This document shows, one piece after another, positions 1-9,094 of a stretch of DNA of 34,083 nt. The stretch spans positions 73,468-107,550 of the IMG/VR virus record IMGVR_UViG_3300048904_000313, one strand, 5' to 3'. Under the pieces are notes generated by a model, which saw only the letters and a list, made by a program, of their open reading frames with translations, made no database searches and was not told the DNA's origin. A program made the position numbers and the translations under genes. Position 1 is the stretch's first letter; every line of letters starts with the position of its first letter. The DNA is from a virus.

Positions 1-669
1 CTTGCCACGGCCCTTGAGCCACTTCGGACGGATCAGGATCGACAGCGCGTCGTAGACGAAGACCTCTTCGAGAACGGCGTCGATCCAGGAGTTCCACGAG
101 AAGTAGTCGGGGTCGGGCCGGCGGAAGAACTTGATCGCCTTGGCGCGTCGCTCACCGAAGTCTCGCATGGCGTCGTGGTCGTTGCGCATCGTCTTCGCGG
201 CCTCGTGGGTGGGCATGATGTCCCACTCAAGGCCACGGATCTCCGACTTGCGGAGCTGGATGCACGCACGTGCCACGGAGTAGAGGTCGGCGAGGGTGCG
301 CAGCGTCGAGAAGTCGGCGAGCTTGATGCCCTCTGTGCCCGGCTGACCGACCGGGAGGTTCCAGCCAACCCGGTACTCCTCACGCCTCGGCTCGGCCCGC
401 TCAGCGCCCGGAGGAGGGGCGTCAACGGGTACCGGGAGGATCGGGCTGAACGGGCCGAACGCGCCCTCAGTGAAGTCCTCAGTCGGACGGGGCAGGAAGC
501 CACCGTAGGGCTGAGTCCAGCTGCCACCACCAGAGGAGCCGGTGTCAAGCTGTTGTGCCAGTGGCGAGACCGCGCCGAAGTTGGGGCTGCTTCCCTGAGG
601 AGCTGCGGTCGGCCGTGCCCCGCCAGGGATGTGCTTGGCACTGCTGATGATGGATCCGCGCTTGGCCAC
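1..669 (-). CDS. Phage portal protein, N-terminal part (runs off the left edge)
   Basis: Not in the ORF track because it has no stop in the window. GTG at 669 follows the RBS AGAAGGGGG, and the frame is open to position 1: MAKRGSIISSAKH...DFSTLRTLADLYSVARACIQLRKSEIRGLEWDI...KFFRRPDPDYFSWNSWIDAVLEEVFVYDA. This resembles portal N-termini, and the gene lies downstream of terminase. Confidence 0.75.
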   Translation of the reverse strand, partial: MAKRGSIISSAKHIPGGARPTAAPQGSSPNFGAVSPLAQQLDTGSSGGGSWTQPYGGFLPRPTEDFTEGAFGPFSPILPVPVDAPPPGAERAEPRREEYRVGWNLPVGQPGTEGIKLADFSTLRTLADLYSVARACIQLRKSEIRGLEWDIMPTHEAAKTMRNDHDAMRDFGERRAKAIKFFRRPDPDYFSWNSWIDAVLEEVFVYDALSILIRPKWLKGRGK

Positions 670-732
670 GGTCACCCCCTTCTTCGCCGATTATAACGCC
701 TAATGCTATGGCAGCCCACGCAAACTCCACCG

Positions 733-1296
733 TTAGGCGGTTGTGTTGTCCGTGATGAGACCGAGGGTGGCCAGGGCGGTGATCAGCGAGGCCAGGGCGG
801 CGTTGCCACCCTTCGCTCCCGTCACCGTCTGCCGGCCCACGTTGATGTCACCGAAGAAGCCCACGGTGCCGAAGAACCTGAAGCCTTGGTTGACCTGACC
901 ACCCTGGATGGTGGTGTAGCCGCTGAGCGTTTTGTTGCCACCCGCCGTCTGGTCGGTGGTCAGGTCGACGAAGTTCTGCGTCGCCGAGCCGGTGCCACCC
1001 TGAGCGACGGGGAGTGCCGCGGTCAGATGCGTGGACTTGACCGTCGGGTTGGGCAGCGTCCCGTTGAGGTCGCCACCCACGGCGAGGCCGGTGCCGTTGG
1101 CCAGCGTGACGCCGGTGCCAGGCCAGGCGCCGGCCGCTTTGGGACCGTACAGCACGACGCTGGCGGGATAGCCCGTGGTGTCGAAGTAGTAGTCCCCGTC
1201 GAAGCCGGTGCCCGCTGCGGGCACGCCGACGCCGTTGAGGATCGCGTTGCCGCGTGGCCCACTGGTGCCCGCGGTGGTGACGGTGACGTTGACCAC
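733..1296 (-). CDS. Gly/Thr-rich virion accessory or fibre-like protein
   Basis: 187-aa ORF with GPRG, GDYYFDT...LYGPKAAGAWP, GGDLNGTLPNPTV and LPVAQGGTG segments typical of fibre or collagen-associated phage proteins. Confidence 0.55.
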   Translation of the reverse strand: MVNVTVTTAGTSGPRGNAILNGVGVPAAGTGFDGDYYFDTTGYPASVVLYGPKAAGAWPGTGVTLANGTGLAVGGDLNGTLPNPTVKSTHLTAALPVAQGGTGSATQNFVDLTTDQTAGGNKTLSGYTTIQGGQVNQGFRFFGTVGFFGDINVGRQTVTGAKGGNAALASLITALATLGLITDNTTA

Positions 1297-1305
1297 GAGG
1301 GCTCC

Positions 1306-1674
1306 CTACGGGTTCGCGACGGGGTTGGTGAAGAAGGTGCCGGTGACCAGGGCGGTGGCGTCGCTCAGTCCCTGGTCCATCCACAGGCTGTACGGGCCGC
1401 CACCCTCAACCACGAGGCTCGTCGCCGCGGGAGTGATGATGACCTGTACCGTGGAGTTGACCAGGTTGGGGATGATCGTGCCATACGCGGTGGACGCGGT
1501 GCTGTTCACGGAGAAGGTGACCCGGCCGGAGACGCCGAGACGGTCCCTTACCACGAACTCGAAGACCTTGTTGGTGAGATCGGCGAGGGTGCCATCGTCG
1601 TTGTAGATGGTGAAGATGGATGACCACTGAGAGCCAGACGCGGTGACGATAGTGTAGTTGTTCGGCAGCAACAC
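1306..1674 (-). CDS. Small beta-rich virion protein, BppU-N/Ig-like
   Basis: 122 aa with a DGTLADLT...FEFVVR...VQVIITPAATSL pattern; RBS AAAGGAG upstream. Confidence 0.5.
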   Translation of the reverse strand: MLLPNNYTIVTASGSQWSSIFTIYNDDGTLADLTNKVFEFVVRDRLGVSGRVTFSVNSTASTAYGTIIPNLVNSTVQVIITPAATSLVVEGGGPYSLWMDQGLSDATALVTGTFFTNPVANP

Positions 1675-1746
1675 GTCGACTCTCCTTTCAAACGGGCGGG
1701 CGTGGCTGGCGAGATGGAGACGATCTCGCCGGCCACGCCACGTGTG

Positions 1747-2100
1747 CTACGGCAGAACCAGGTCGGGACCGAGGTCCACGACGCTGAACCCGCGCGGGCC
1801 AGCCTGCTCCTGCTCTTCGTCCTCAGTCACGCGGGCCTGGTAGTCCACGGTGTGAGGGCCGATGGTGAGGAGCTGCATGTACGTCAGCGGGAACTCCGGT
1901 GGCGCCTTGACCACCTCGGTGCCGTCGATGACGAACCGGACGGAGGAGTCCTCGCTGAGTCCCAGGACGTAGCCCTGGAGCTGCACGACGAACCCCAGGC
2001 CGACGACGGGGAGTGGGCCACCCACCAGGGAGACCCACGCGTCGTCGGTGACCAGCGTGCTGTTGGTGGACGCGTATGCGACGTCAGTCACGAGAGGCAT
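1747..2100 (-). CDS. Hypothetical beta-rich protein
   Basis: 117-aa ORF, RBS GGGAG, directly after the 719-aa gene. Confidence 0.6.
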   Translation of the reverse strand: MPLVTDVAYASTNSTLVTDDAWVSLVGGPLPVVGLGFVVQLQGYVLGLSEDSSVRFVIDGTEVVKAPPEFPLTYMQLLTIGPHTVDYQARVTEDEEQEQAGPRGFSVVDLGPDLVLP

Positions 2101-2115
2101 GTTGATGTCTCCCGA

Positions 2116-4275
2116 TCAGACGGTCATGCCGCGGTCACCGTCGCGGAAGGGGCGACGGTCGTCATCGTCGTCGAACCGCTGACGCTGACGCTGACGCTGA
2201 CTCTGACCCTGCAGGTCCGCGATGTTGATGCTGATGTCCCCACCACGACGGTCGTGGTGCGGACGACGCCGCCACTCGCGGTCCTCGGCCTCGAGGATGT
2301 CGAGCTTGGTGCGCAGGCGGTTGCGGTCGGCCAGGGCCACCGCGAAGTCCTGCTCCCGACGCTCTTCGTCCACGTGACGGATGAGGTCACGAGTCTTGAC
2401 CTCGTTCTCGTAGGTGCGACGCTCGAAGCCCCGCATCTCGTCGAGGTTGCGGTCGGCCAGGGTGCGGACCAGGTCGTGCGTGCGGTCCTCGCGGTCGCGG
2501 AGGTAGAGACGGGTCTCCAGCTCCAGCTTCTCCGCGCGCTCCCGGGTCTTCTCGCCCTGGTGCTGAACGTTGTCAGCGATGTGGATGAGACGCTCCGACG
2601 CGCGGCGGTCGTGGTCGCCGAGCTGCTCGGAGAGCTCCTCCAGGTTGTGACGGACGACACCCTCCACGCGACGCTCGGAGGCGTCGACGCGGTTGTCGAT
2701 GCGACGCTCGAAGTCGCCCACCTGCTTGGTGGAGCGACGCTCGAAGTCGCCGACGGCCTCCGAGATCTCCTCGAGGTCGTGGGTGACGTGCTGCTGGATC
2801 TGACGCTCGATGCGACGCTCCGCGTCGTCGAGGTTCTTCGTCTGACGCAGCTCCGCCATGTCGCCGGCGCGCTCGATGCGACGCTCGGTGTCAGCCACGC
2901 GCAGCTGGGTCTCCCGCGCGTTCTCACGCGCGTTGTTGCCCAGACGACGCTCGGTGTCGCTGACCTGGCCGCCCAGGTCGCCGAAGGCCTCGGCGTTCTC
3001 CTCGGCGTTGTGCGCGAGGCGGTTCTCGATGCGGCGCTCGGAGTCGAGGCCCTGGCGACCGAGGTCACCAACGCTCTCAGCGAGCTCCTCACCGACGTGA
3101 CCGACCTTGTCACCGAGACGGTTCTCGATGCGACGCTCGGCGTCCGAGAGGTGCTGGTTCGTGTGACCGAACCCGCGCTCCGTCTCGCGCCGACCGCCGT
3201 CGATGTTCTGGTCCAGGTAGCGCGTGTCGGCACCAGCCTGAGCCGCGAGGCGGTCCTGGCCCTCGCGGAGGAAGCGGGTGTCGTTGCCAGCCTGCTGAGC
3301 CAGGCGCCAGGCGTTCGCGTCCTGACCCGAGTGGAGCCAGCGAGCGTTCGAGTCCTGGCCGTTGTGCAGCCAGCGCCCGTTGTCGTTGACGGCCTCGCCG
3401 ACCTCACCGACGTCGTGACGGATCTCGCGACCCTCACCACGGACGGCCTCGCGGGTCTCGTGGCCCTCCTCGCGGATGTGACGGTGCAGGCCACGCTGAC
3501 CGTCGTTCAGCCAGCGACCATTGGCGTCGACGCGGTCGTCGGTGAGACGCTGACCACGCTCGTTCTCGCGGCCGGTGCGCAGCACGTCGCGGTCGACGTC
3601 GTCGATGTTGCGGTCGAGGTGACGGAAGCCGCTGTTCAGGTTGCCGTCGGTGTGACGCTGACCCTCGTTGAGCCAACGAGCGTTGGAGTTGACGCTGTGG
3701 CCGACCCCATCGATGTCGTTGTCGAGGTGACGTCCCTCTTCGCGCACCTCGTGTCCGAGGTGACGGAAGCCGTTGTTGACGTCGCTGTCGACCCACCAGG
3801 CGTTCTGGTTGACGCCAGCGTCCGTGGCGCGCTGGCCGTTGGCCAGATACATGGCGTCCTGGTTGACCTGACGGCCGAGGCCCTCCACGCCGTCCGCAAC
3901 GCGGGCGTCGGTGAAGCGCTGGCCGGTGAGGCCGGCCAGGGTGCCGTCCTGAACCGCGCGGTCGGTGAACCGCTGGCCGTTGGCCAGGTTCAGGTGCTCT
4001 TCGCTCACACCGCGGAAGCCGTCGTTCAGCTCAGCGTCGGTGATGCGCTGGCCAGCGATGATGCGCTGACCCGTGTCGCCGACGTTGCGGTTGATGCCGT
4101 CCTGGCCGATGAGAAGGCGCTGGTTGCCAGCACCCACGTTGGCGTTGATGCCTGCCTGGCCGGCGAGGACGTCGCGGAAGCCGTCCTCATAGTCGTTGCC
4201 GCCGTTGTAACGGCCCATGCCGTTGGCGGAGATGACCACCGGGAGAACCGGTGCACTGGGCTCAAGGTCTGCCAC
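2116..4275 (-). CDS. 719-aa repeat-rich helical/coiled-coil protein
   Basis: Long ORF with RBS AAAGAGG and recurrent GQRxTD, NARWL, GFRHL and ERRIE repeats; C-terminal EKTR...KTRDLI and QRQRQR. Confidence 0.8.
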   Translation of the reverse strand: MADLEPSAPVLPVVISANGMGRYNGGNDYEDGFRDVLAGQAGINANVGAGNQRLLIGQDGINRNVGDTGQRIIAGQRITDAELNDGFRGVSEEHLNLANGQRFTDRAVQDGTLAGLTGQRFTDARVADGVEGLGRQVNQDAMYLANGQRATDAGVNQNAWWVDSDVNNGFRHLGHEVREEGRHLDNDIDGVGHSVNSNARWLNEGQRHTDGNLNSGFRHLDRNIDDVDRDVLRTGRENERGQRLTDDRVDANGRWLNDGQRGLHRHIREEGHETREAVRGEGREIRHDVGEVGEAVNDNGRWLHNGQDSNARWLHSGQDANAWRLAQQAGNDTRFLREGQDRLAAQAGADTRYLDQNIDGGRRETERGFGHTNQHLSDAERRIENRLGDKVGHVGEELAESVGDLGRQGLDSERRIENRLAHNAEENAEAFGDLGGQVSDTERRLGNNARENARETQLRVADTERRIERAGDMAELRQTKNLDDAERRIERQIQQHVTHDLEEISEAVGDFERRSTKQVGDFERRIDNRVDASERRVEGVVRHNLEELSEQLGDHDRRASERLIHIADNVQHQGEKTRERAEKLELETRLYLRDREDRTHDLVRTLADRNLDEMRGFERRTYENEVKTRDLIRHVDEERREQDFAVALADRNRLRTKLDILEAEDREWRRRPHHDRRGGDISINIADLQGQSQRQRQRQRFDDDDDRRPFRDGDRGMTV

Positions 4276-4284
4276 AAACCTCTT

Positions 4285-4602
4285 TCAAGGCGATTCAGTC
4301 GGTGCCTCGTCGCGAGCGACACGGTCCGACGGTGGTGATGGTGATGAGACCTCGTTGGCGAGAAGGGCGTCCATGACGGACTTCTTCGGCCAGGATGAGG
4401 CGTTGATTTTGCTCGGATCCAGACGGCCGAACTGCCAGGAGACCTGGCAGTACAGCTCGAAGTTCCGCGCAAAGATCTCCAGCTCTTCCATGGAGTCCCA
4501 CTGGAAGGGTGGAGAGATCTTGACCTCGGTCTTGGTGACCGGGTTGAGAGCCAGGAGAACCACGGGAGGGTTCTCATAGCCGACGTCGCAGACGAACCTC
4601 AC
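4285..4602 (-). CDS. Hypothetical protein
   Basis: Start re-assigned to GTG 4602 (MRFVCDVGYENPP...), just after the upstream stop at 4610. Confidence 0.55.
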   Translation of the reverse strand: MRFVCDVGYENPPVVLLALNPVTKTEVKISPPFQWDSMEELEIFARNFELYCQVSWQFGRLDPSKINASSWPKKSVMDALLANEVSSPSPPSDRVARDEAPTESP

Positions 4603-4609
4603 TCGAGCC

Positions 4610-4918
4610 TCACAGGGTGGGAGCGGGAGTGAGACCGTTTTGAACGGCGAGGACCAGGGCGCTGCGTGCGAGGTTGACACAGCGAGGCGGCAGCGCCGAT
4701 GTGCCGATGCCGCGAATCAGGCTGTCGATCGCGGTGTGAGTGTTCATGTGACAGTTGGGGCACAGAACCTTCATCGGCGAGTTGACCGGCTTGCCGGCCG
4801 CCTCCCACCACGACTTCGGGACCACGTGGTGGTTCTCGATGATCGCGCAGTGATGATCGTACAGAGTGCACGCTTGAAGCTGCACCGAGCCACCGACGAT
4901 GACCAGGGTGCTAAGCAT
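4610..4918 (-). CDS. HNH-type endonuclease, probably terminase-associated
   Basis: ATG 4918 overlaps the upstream stop; ENHHVVPKS...LCPNCHMNTH motif. Confidence 0.65.
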   Translation of the reverse strand: MLSTLVIVGGSVQLQACTLYDHHCAIIENHHVVPKSWWEAAGKPVNSPMKVLCPNCHMNTHTAIDSLIRGIGTSALPPRCVNLARSALVLAVQNGLTPAPTL

Positions 4919-5234
4919 CGGTGTCCTCCGCGTCGTAGACGTCGTGAGGAAAGATGGTGTTCTCATCCGCCCAGTCGCCGGGGTGGTGGTACTCGAGCAC
5001 CAGGACGGTGCCGTCGGGGTGCCACTCAATCCGCTTGATCCGCGGACACGGCTGCCGGGACGGAGGCAGGTTGGCGACCGTGGCGTGGATGCCGGCGCAG
5101 AAGTGGCAGGCGGTCTTGCCCTCCGCCTTGCCCTCGAAGATGGCACGAGCGGCGGCCTGCTCCTCCGCGCTGAGGCGAGGCATCACCACGGGCTGCATCC
5201 AGCCGGGGAGAGACTGACTGGGGATCTCAGTCAC
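4911..5234 (-). CDS. Hypothetical small Zn-binding protein
   Basis: 107 aa with CHFCAGIH...CPR; coupled to its neighbours. Confidence 0.6.
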   Translation of the reverse strand: MTEIPSQSLPGWMQPVVMPRLSAEEQAAARAIFEGKAEGKTACHFCAGIHATVANLPPSRQPCPRIKRIEWHPDGTVLVLEYHHPGDWADENTIFPHDVYDAEDTDA

Positions 5235-5410
5235 GCCACACCCCGGGCTCCCGAGCAGAGCTGCTCGTGGGTGACGCGGGCCTTGATGGCCTCGTCGTAC
5301 TGCTCAGGTGTGTTGGCCGACCAGTGACGGCCGCACCAGTGAGCGGGTACGTGACAGAAGAGGACGCGCGGGAGAGGCCGCGGGGTGCCGTGGAAGACCT
5401 GATCGTTCAC
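5231..5410 (-). CDS. Hypothetical 59-aa Cys/His protein
   Basis: Read by hand: MNDQVFHGTPRPLPRVLFCHVPAHWCGRHW...HEQLCSGARGVA; GTGA start/stop overlaps at both ends. Confidence 0.5.
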   Translation of the reverse strand: MNDQVFHGTPRPLPRVLFCHVPAHWCGRHWSANTPEQYDEAIKARVTHEQLCSGARGVA

Positions 5411-5595
5411 TGGTTCGTCCCGGTGAACGTGATGATGGGGTTGCGCTCGGTCGGGACGGCGAAGACCGACTGGCCAGCGTCGTCGCTGAAGATCACGAAG
5501 CCGCCACTGAAGGCGAACTGCTTGGCGGTGATGGTGGTCATCGCCTGGTTGCCACTCACGGTGTTGTCCGTGTAGCTGACGGAGTAGATGTTCAC
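5407..5595 (-). CDS. Hypothetical 62-aa protein
   Basis: GTG 5595 overlaps the terminase stop (GTGA); MNIYSVSYTDNTVSG... Confidence 0.6.
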   Translation of the reverse strand: MNIYSVSYTDNTVSGNQAMTTITAKQFAFSGGFVIFSDDAGQSVFAVPTERNPIITFTGTNQ

Positions 5596-7199
5596 TCCAC
5601 GCTCTCCTCGTCGTCGTCGATCTCGTCGTCGAGGATGGGAGCGTTGCAGTGCGGGCACGAGGTCCGCTCTACACCGTCAGCCTTGGTCAGGTAAGCCTGC
5701 TTGCAGCTGTCGCAGCGCGCGGTGCCGTAGGCGTCGTGCCAGCTGCCGACCTCAGTCCAGAAGGCCTGAACGACGGCGTCAGCACGGTCCGTGGAGCGGC
5801 CGATGCGCTTCTTGATCTCGTCCTTCGACTCGATCTTCAGCTTACCACCTGACTGGGGCTCTGCGGCCTTTGGGGCGGTAAGATCTCCGAGAAGGTCGTC
5901 ATCGGGTGGCAGTGCCACGATCGAGCCGGCCGACGGGTCGAGCATCTCACGCAGGTTCCACCAGGCGGCAGCCCTGGTGTTGAGGAAGCCGAGCTCCCCG
6001 GTCTTGTCGCGGTTGCGGCTGCGAGCCGACGCGGTGAAGGGCTGCACCTTCATGCCCATCTCGCGCAGACGGTCCACGACGCCGCCACCGACGCCCACGA
6101 CGTCGACGATCGCGGTCATGTTCGGGTCGTTCTCCAGGATGCCCTGGACGCGACCCGTGGTGACCATCGTGTCGTTGTGAGTGTAGGCGCGGATCTCGGT
6201 GATGACGTGACCCTGGCGGATCGCGAAGCAGGTCTTGTCGCTGCCGCTGCGGGCAACGTCCACGCCCACCGTGTGCGGGGTACCGGGGTCGACCTTGCCG
6301 CCGAGCTGCCACTCGTGCCAGCGCTCGTTGGCCGCCTCCACCCAGCTGAGTGGAACGACGCTGTCTTCCTCGCCGGCGTAGAACTGGCCGAGGACGCGGT
6401 TCTGGTAGAGCGCGCTGTTCTCGCCCCACTGGAGCTTGCGCTGCTCGGCCCACTCTGGCGAGATGCGGCCGGCCCGCATGGACTCTTCCAGGGTGACGTG
6501 CTTGACCGCCCAGTCCTCGTAGCCAGGCTTCTTCGACTGGATGTCGTAGAAGCGGCCCTGCGGCGGACCAGGCGTGGAGAGCGCCATGACGTACGATTCA
6601 CCGGTGCCGGAGAAGGCACCCTCACAGGCGTCGAACGTGCCAGCGAAGATGGCCTTCGACTCGTCGTAGACGAAGAGCAGGGAGTCGGCGTGGGCACCCT
6701 CGATGAGCTGTGGGTTCGAGGCGGCGGCCGCGAAGGCGTTGCCGTGCTTGAGACGGAGCGCCAGGTTCAGCAGCTCGCTGCCGTTGAACGGGTGATTGCG
6801 GATCTTCTCCCAGCGGAGCTTCATCGACCACTTGCGGATCTCTGGCCACAGGTAGTTGATGAGCTGGCGCCAGGCGCCCGCGGTGGTGACGATCTTCCAG
6901 TCGACGCCGGCCGCGTCGCGAGTGACCGCGAACCACAGTACCGTCAGGGCGGAGACCGCCGACTTGCCCAGGCCGTGAGGACCACGAACGGAGATGCGAC
7001 GCTTCTCCTCCAGGAGGGCCATGATGTCCTCCTGGTAGAAGGTCAGGCCGCCCTCGTCTCCCCAGTCAACGCAGTCGTGCATGAACCCAACGGGGTCGTG
7101 GAGGTACTGCTCCACGCCCTTCTTGAGGCCAGCAGCTCGCGACTGCAGATCCTGAAGATACTGCAGTCGCTGAAGCTTGATCTCGTCCAGGGTTGGCAT
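5592..7199 (-). CDS. terL: Terminase large subunit
   Basis: Walker A GPHGLGKS, Walker B LFVYDE, coupling motif LSTP, nuclease GVDVARSGSDKT and RSTDRADA. Confidence 0.95.
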   Translation of the reverse strand: MPTLDEIKLQRLQYLQDLQSRAAGLKKGVEQYLHDPVGFMHDCVDWGDEGGLTFYQEDIMALLEEKRRISVRGPHGLGKSAVSALTVLWFAVTRDAAGVDWKIVTTAGAWRQLINYLWPEIRKWSMKLRWEKIRNHPFNGSELLNLALRLKHGNAFAAAASNPQLIEGAHADSLLFVYDESKAIFAGTFDACEGAFSGTGESYVMALSTPGPPQGRFYDIQSKKPGYEDWAVKHVTLEESMRAGRISPEWAEQRKLQWGENSALYQNRVLGQFYAGEEDSVVPLSWVEAANERWHEWQLGGKVDPGTPHTVGVDVARSGSDKTCFAIRQGHVITEIRAYTHNDTMVTTGRVQGILENDPNMTAIVDVVGVGGGVVDRLREMGMKVQPFTASARSRNRDKTGELGFLNTRAAAWWNLREMLDPSAGSIVALPPDDDLLGDLTAPKAAEPQSGGKLKIESKDEIKKRIGRSTDRADAVVQAFWTEVGSWHDAYGTARCDSCKQAYLTKADGVERTSCPHCNAPILDDEIDDDEESVE

Positions 7200-7208
7200 G
7201 GAGCCATC

Positions 7209-7814
7209 CTAGCCCAGCATGTCGGTGAGACCCTGGCTGCCGTTGGTGCTCGCCAGCTCTCCCTCGAGCTTCTTGATCTCGTTCTCGATGGAGTCCATCG
7301 TGATGACCTCGCGACGGATCGGCGCGTCCAGGCCGATGAGCTTGGCGCGACGCTCCTTGATCTTGAGGATGCGGTCGATGGTCTCCAGGAGGAAGCGGTC
7401 GTCGGTGACCGGGACGCCGGTGTCCTCGTTGAAGACGATGTGCCCCTGGCTGACCAGGAGCGGGTTCTTCCGGATGGCCTGCCAGGCCAGCCACTCCAGC
7501 TCGTCGAGGCTGCGGAGTTCCATCATCCGCATCTCGTCGTTGGCGAAGCGGGCCATCTCGCCCATCGCTCGCTTGATCGCGGCGGCGGCGCGCTGGGGGC
7601 CGTTGTCCGGGTTGGGCTTGTCCAGACCAAGCTCGGCGGCCACCTGCTCCAGGGTCATGCCCTGAGCCTTGAGGCGCGCGGCCTCGGCGTCACGCCAGCG
7701 GCCACGGGACTTGAAGCCCTTGCTGGGGTCGGGTACGGCGAGCAGGTACTCGTCGTTTCCCTGTGGCTGGTTGAGCTGTCGGGCGGCTTCCGCCTCTTCA
7801 CCCCAGGTTGCCAT
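7209..7814 (-). CDS. terS: Terminase small subunit (HTH plus helical oligomerisation region)
   Basis: Immediately upstream of terL; LKAQGMTLEQVAAELG HTH and IDRILKIKERRAKLIGLDAP. Confidence 0.8.
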   Translation of the reverse strand: MATWGEEAEAARQLNQPQGNDEYLLAVPDPSKGFKSRGRWRDAEAARLKAQGMTLEQVAAELGLDKPNPDNGPQRAAAAIKRAMGEMARFANDEMRMMELRSLDELEWLAWQAIRKNPLLVSQGHIVFNEDTGVPVTDDRFLLETIDRILKIKERRAKLIGLDAPIRREVITMDSIENEIKKLEGELASTNGSQGLTDMLG

Positions 7815-7912
7815 GTGGTCTCACCTCTCGAAGGGTCCGAAATTGCGGTGACACCTCACCCCTCGCCATGATTATATCCCAAAACTCCACAGCGGGAACA
7901 CGGTGCAGGTAA

Positions 7913-8206
7913 TCACTCGGTAAAACGATCTTTCTCACCCGGACGGCCTACGAGGTCGTTGTAGGCCCTGATCAGGGAGTCGGCTTTATAGACCCTAGCG
8001 TGCCGTCCCCCGCGCCCTCTCGCGGTCACTCGACGCTTGCCTACAGGCTGCAGCTCGTACTTCATCCCGAACAGTTTCACGAGCTCCCGCACCTGAGCGG
8101 CTGAGAGCTGAGGTGGCCCCAGGAGGTTGGCGGCGTCGCTGACCGTCCAGAGCTTGGGGTCGTCTCCCACCACGGGGAGACCGTCAGATGACCAGCCCCT
8201 CGTCAC
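7913..8206 (-). CDS. Small DNA-binding (HTH-like) protein
   Basis: WTVSDAANLLGPPQLSAAQVRELV...PVGKR...ARVY pattern. Confidence 0.55.
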   Translation of the reverse strand: MTRGWSSDGLPVVGDDPKLWTVSDAANLLGPPQLSAAQVRELVKLFGMKYELQPVGKRRVTARGRGGRHARVYKADSLIRAYNDLVGRPGEKDRFTE

Positions 8207-8861
8207 TGAGGTCCCTCCGCTTCTCTGGCAGCTCGTCGTCCCAGACGATGTCGGTGGTCCCCGTGTTGAAGTCCATCTCCATGTAGCCGGCCGGCCGGCG
8301 GTCGTGGTACTCGTCCACCGCGCACCCTGGGTTCACGCAATGGATGCGGGCGGTCTGGAGCTGCCACCGCAGCGTGAGGTAGCCGCACCAGGGACAGCGT
8401 GGCTCACTGTCGCCCGGCAGCGTGGGGAGGTGGCGGAGAGGCTCGATGAGGCCGAGGATCTCCTCCGCCTTGTGGACCCACTGCTCCAGCCTGAAGACGG
8501 AGCGCCACACCTCTGAGTCAGGGAGTGCCTCCGCCAGGCGTGGAAGCGCCTCCAGGGAGAGCTCCGTGTTGCGGTCGCTGCCCCCTCTGACCTTCTCGCG
8601 CCCAGTCACCGCGGCGACAAAGACTCGCTCGTGGTCTCGGGTCAGCGCGTGGAGGTCCATAACAAGCAGCGCCGCCCTGGCGTGCCAGGGCGGCGCTGGG
8701 GTGACGCGAGTCCGAGAGGCGACGTCGTCCGGGTTGACGGCTCGGTGAGGCACGAGGGCCTCCAGCGCCTGGCTGAGCCTCCAGGCGCGCTGGCAGGCGG
8801 TCTGAAGGCGGCCGCGGGCGATACCGAGGGTCTCTGACGTCACGTTCGGATTATACGCCAT
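8184..8861 (-). CDS. Hypothetical protein with Zn ribbon (possible late regulator)
   Basis: 225 aa with CPWC...CVNPGC; RBS AGGAG. Confidence 0.6.
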   Translation of the reverse strand: MAYNPNVTSETLGIARGRLQTACQRAWRLSQALEALVPHRAVNPDDVASRTRVTPAPPWHARAALLVMDLHALTRDHERVFVAAVTGREKVRGGSDRNTELSLEALPRLAEALPDSEVWRSVFRLEQWVHKAEEILGLIEPLRHLPTLPGDSEPRCPWCGYLTLRWQLQTARIHCVNPGCAVDEYHDRRPAGYMEMDFNTGTTDIVWDDELPEKRRDLSDEGLVI

Positions 8862-8862
8862 A

Positions 8863-9084
8863 TCACTCCTGGGGGACAGGCTCCAGGTAGCCGTCTTCGT
8901 CCTCGTCGTCGAGGTAGATGGGGTAGCGTCGACGCAGCCAGGCGCGGAAGGCGACGATCGCGCCCACGCTCAGGATGACGACGTACCAGTACTCGATGAG
9001 GTACTTGAGGACGAGGCCGACGACGTAGAGGACGGCCAGGAGCCCGAAGAGGCACAGAATGCCGAGCTCCTCACGGTCAGGCAC
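8863..9084 (-). CDS. Small two-TM membrane protein
   Basis: 73 aa with two hydrophobic stretches. Confidence 0.6.
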   Translation of the reverse strand: MPDREELGILCLFGLLAVLYVVGLVLKYLIEYWYVVILSVGAIVAFRAWLRRRYPIYLDDEDEDGYLEPVPQE

Positions 9085-9094
9085 GGTGGGGTTC

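Noticed and set aside
545-730. 61-aa minus-strand ORF
   Set aside because: It overlaps the portal start in another frame and spans its putative promoter.
2177-2205. (GCTGAC)n hexamer microsatellite
   Set aside because: It simply encodes the QRQRQR tract of the 719-aa protein; in-frame, so not a phase-variation switch.
1702-4338. 878-aa plus-strand ORF
   Set aside because: Antisense shadow of the 719-aa gene. Its V/L/A/D composition follows from complementing GAC/GAG/CGC codons in high-GC DNA, it has no RBS, and it opposes the operon direction.
6177-7871. 564-aa plus-strand ORF (likewise 13248-14828+, 17367-18653+, 19530-20606+, 23604-25307-)
   Set aside because: Antisense to well-supported genes; long stop-free shadow frames are expected at this GC content.
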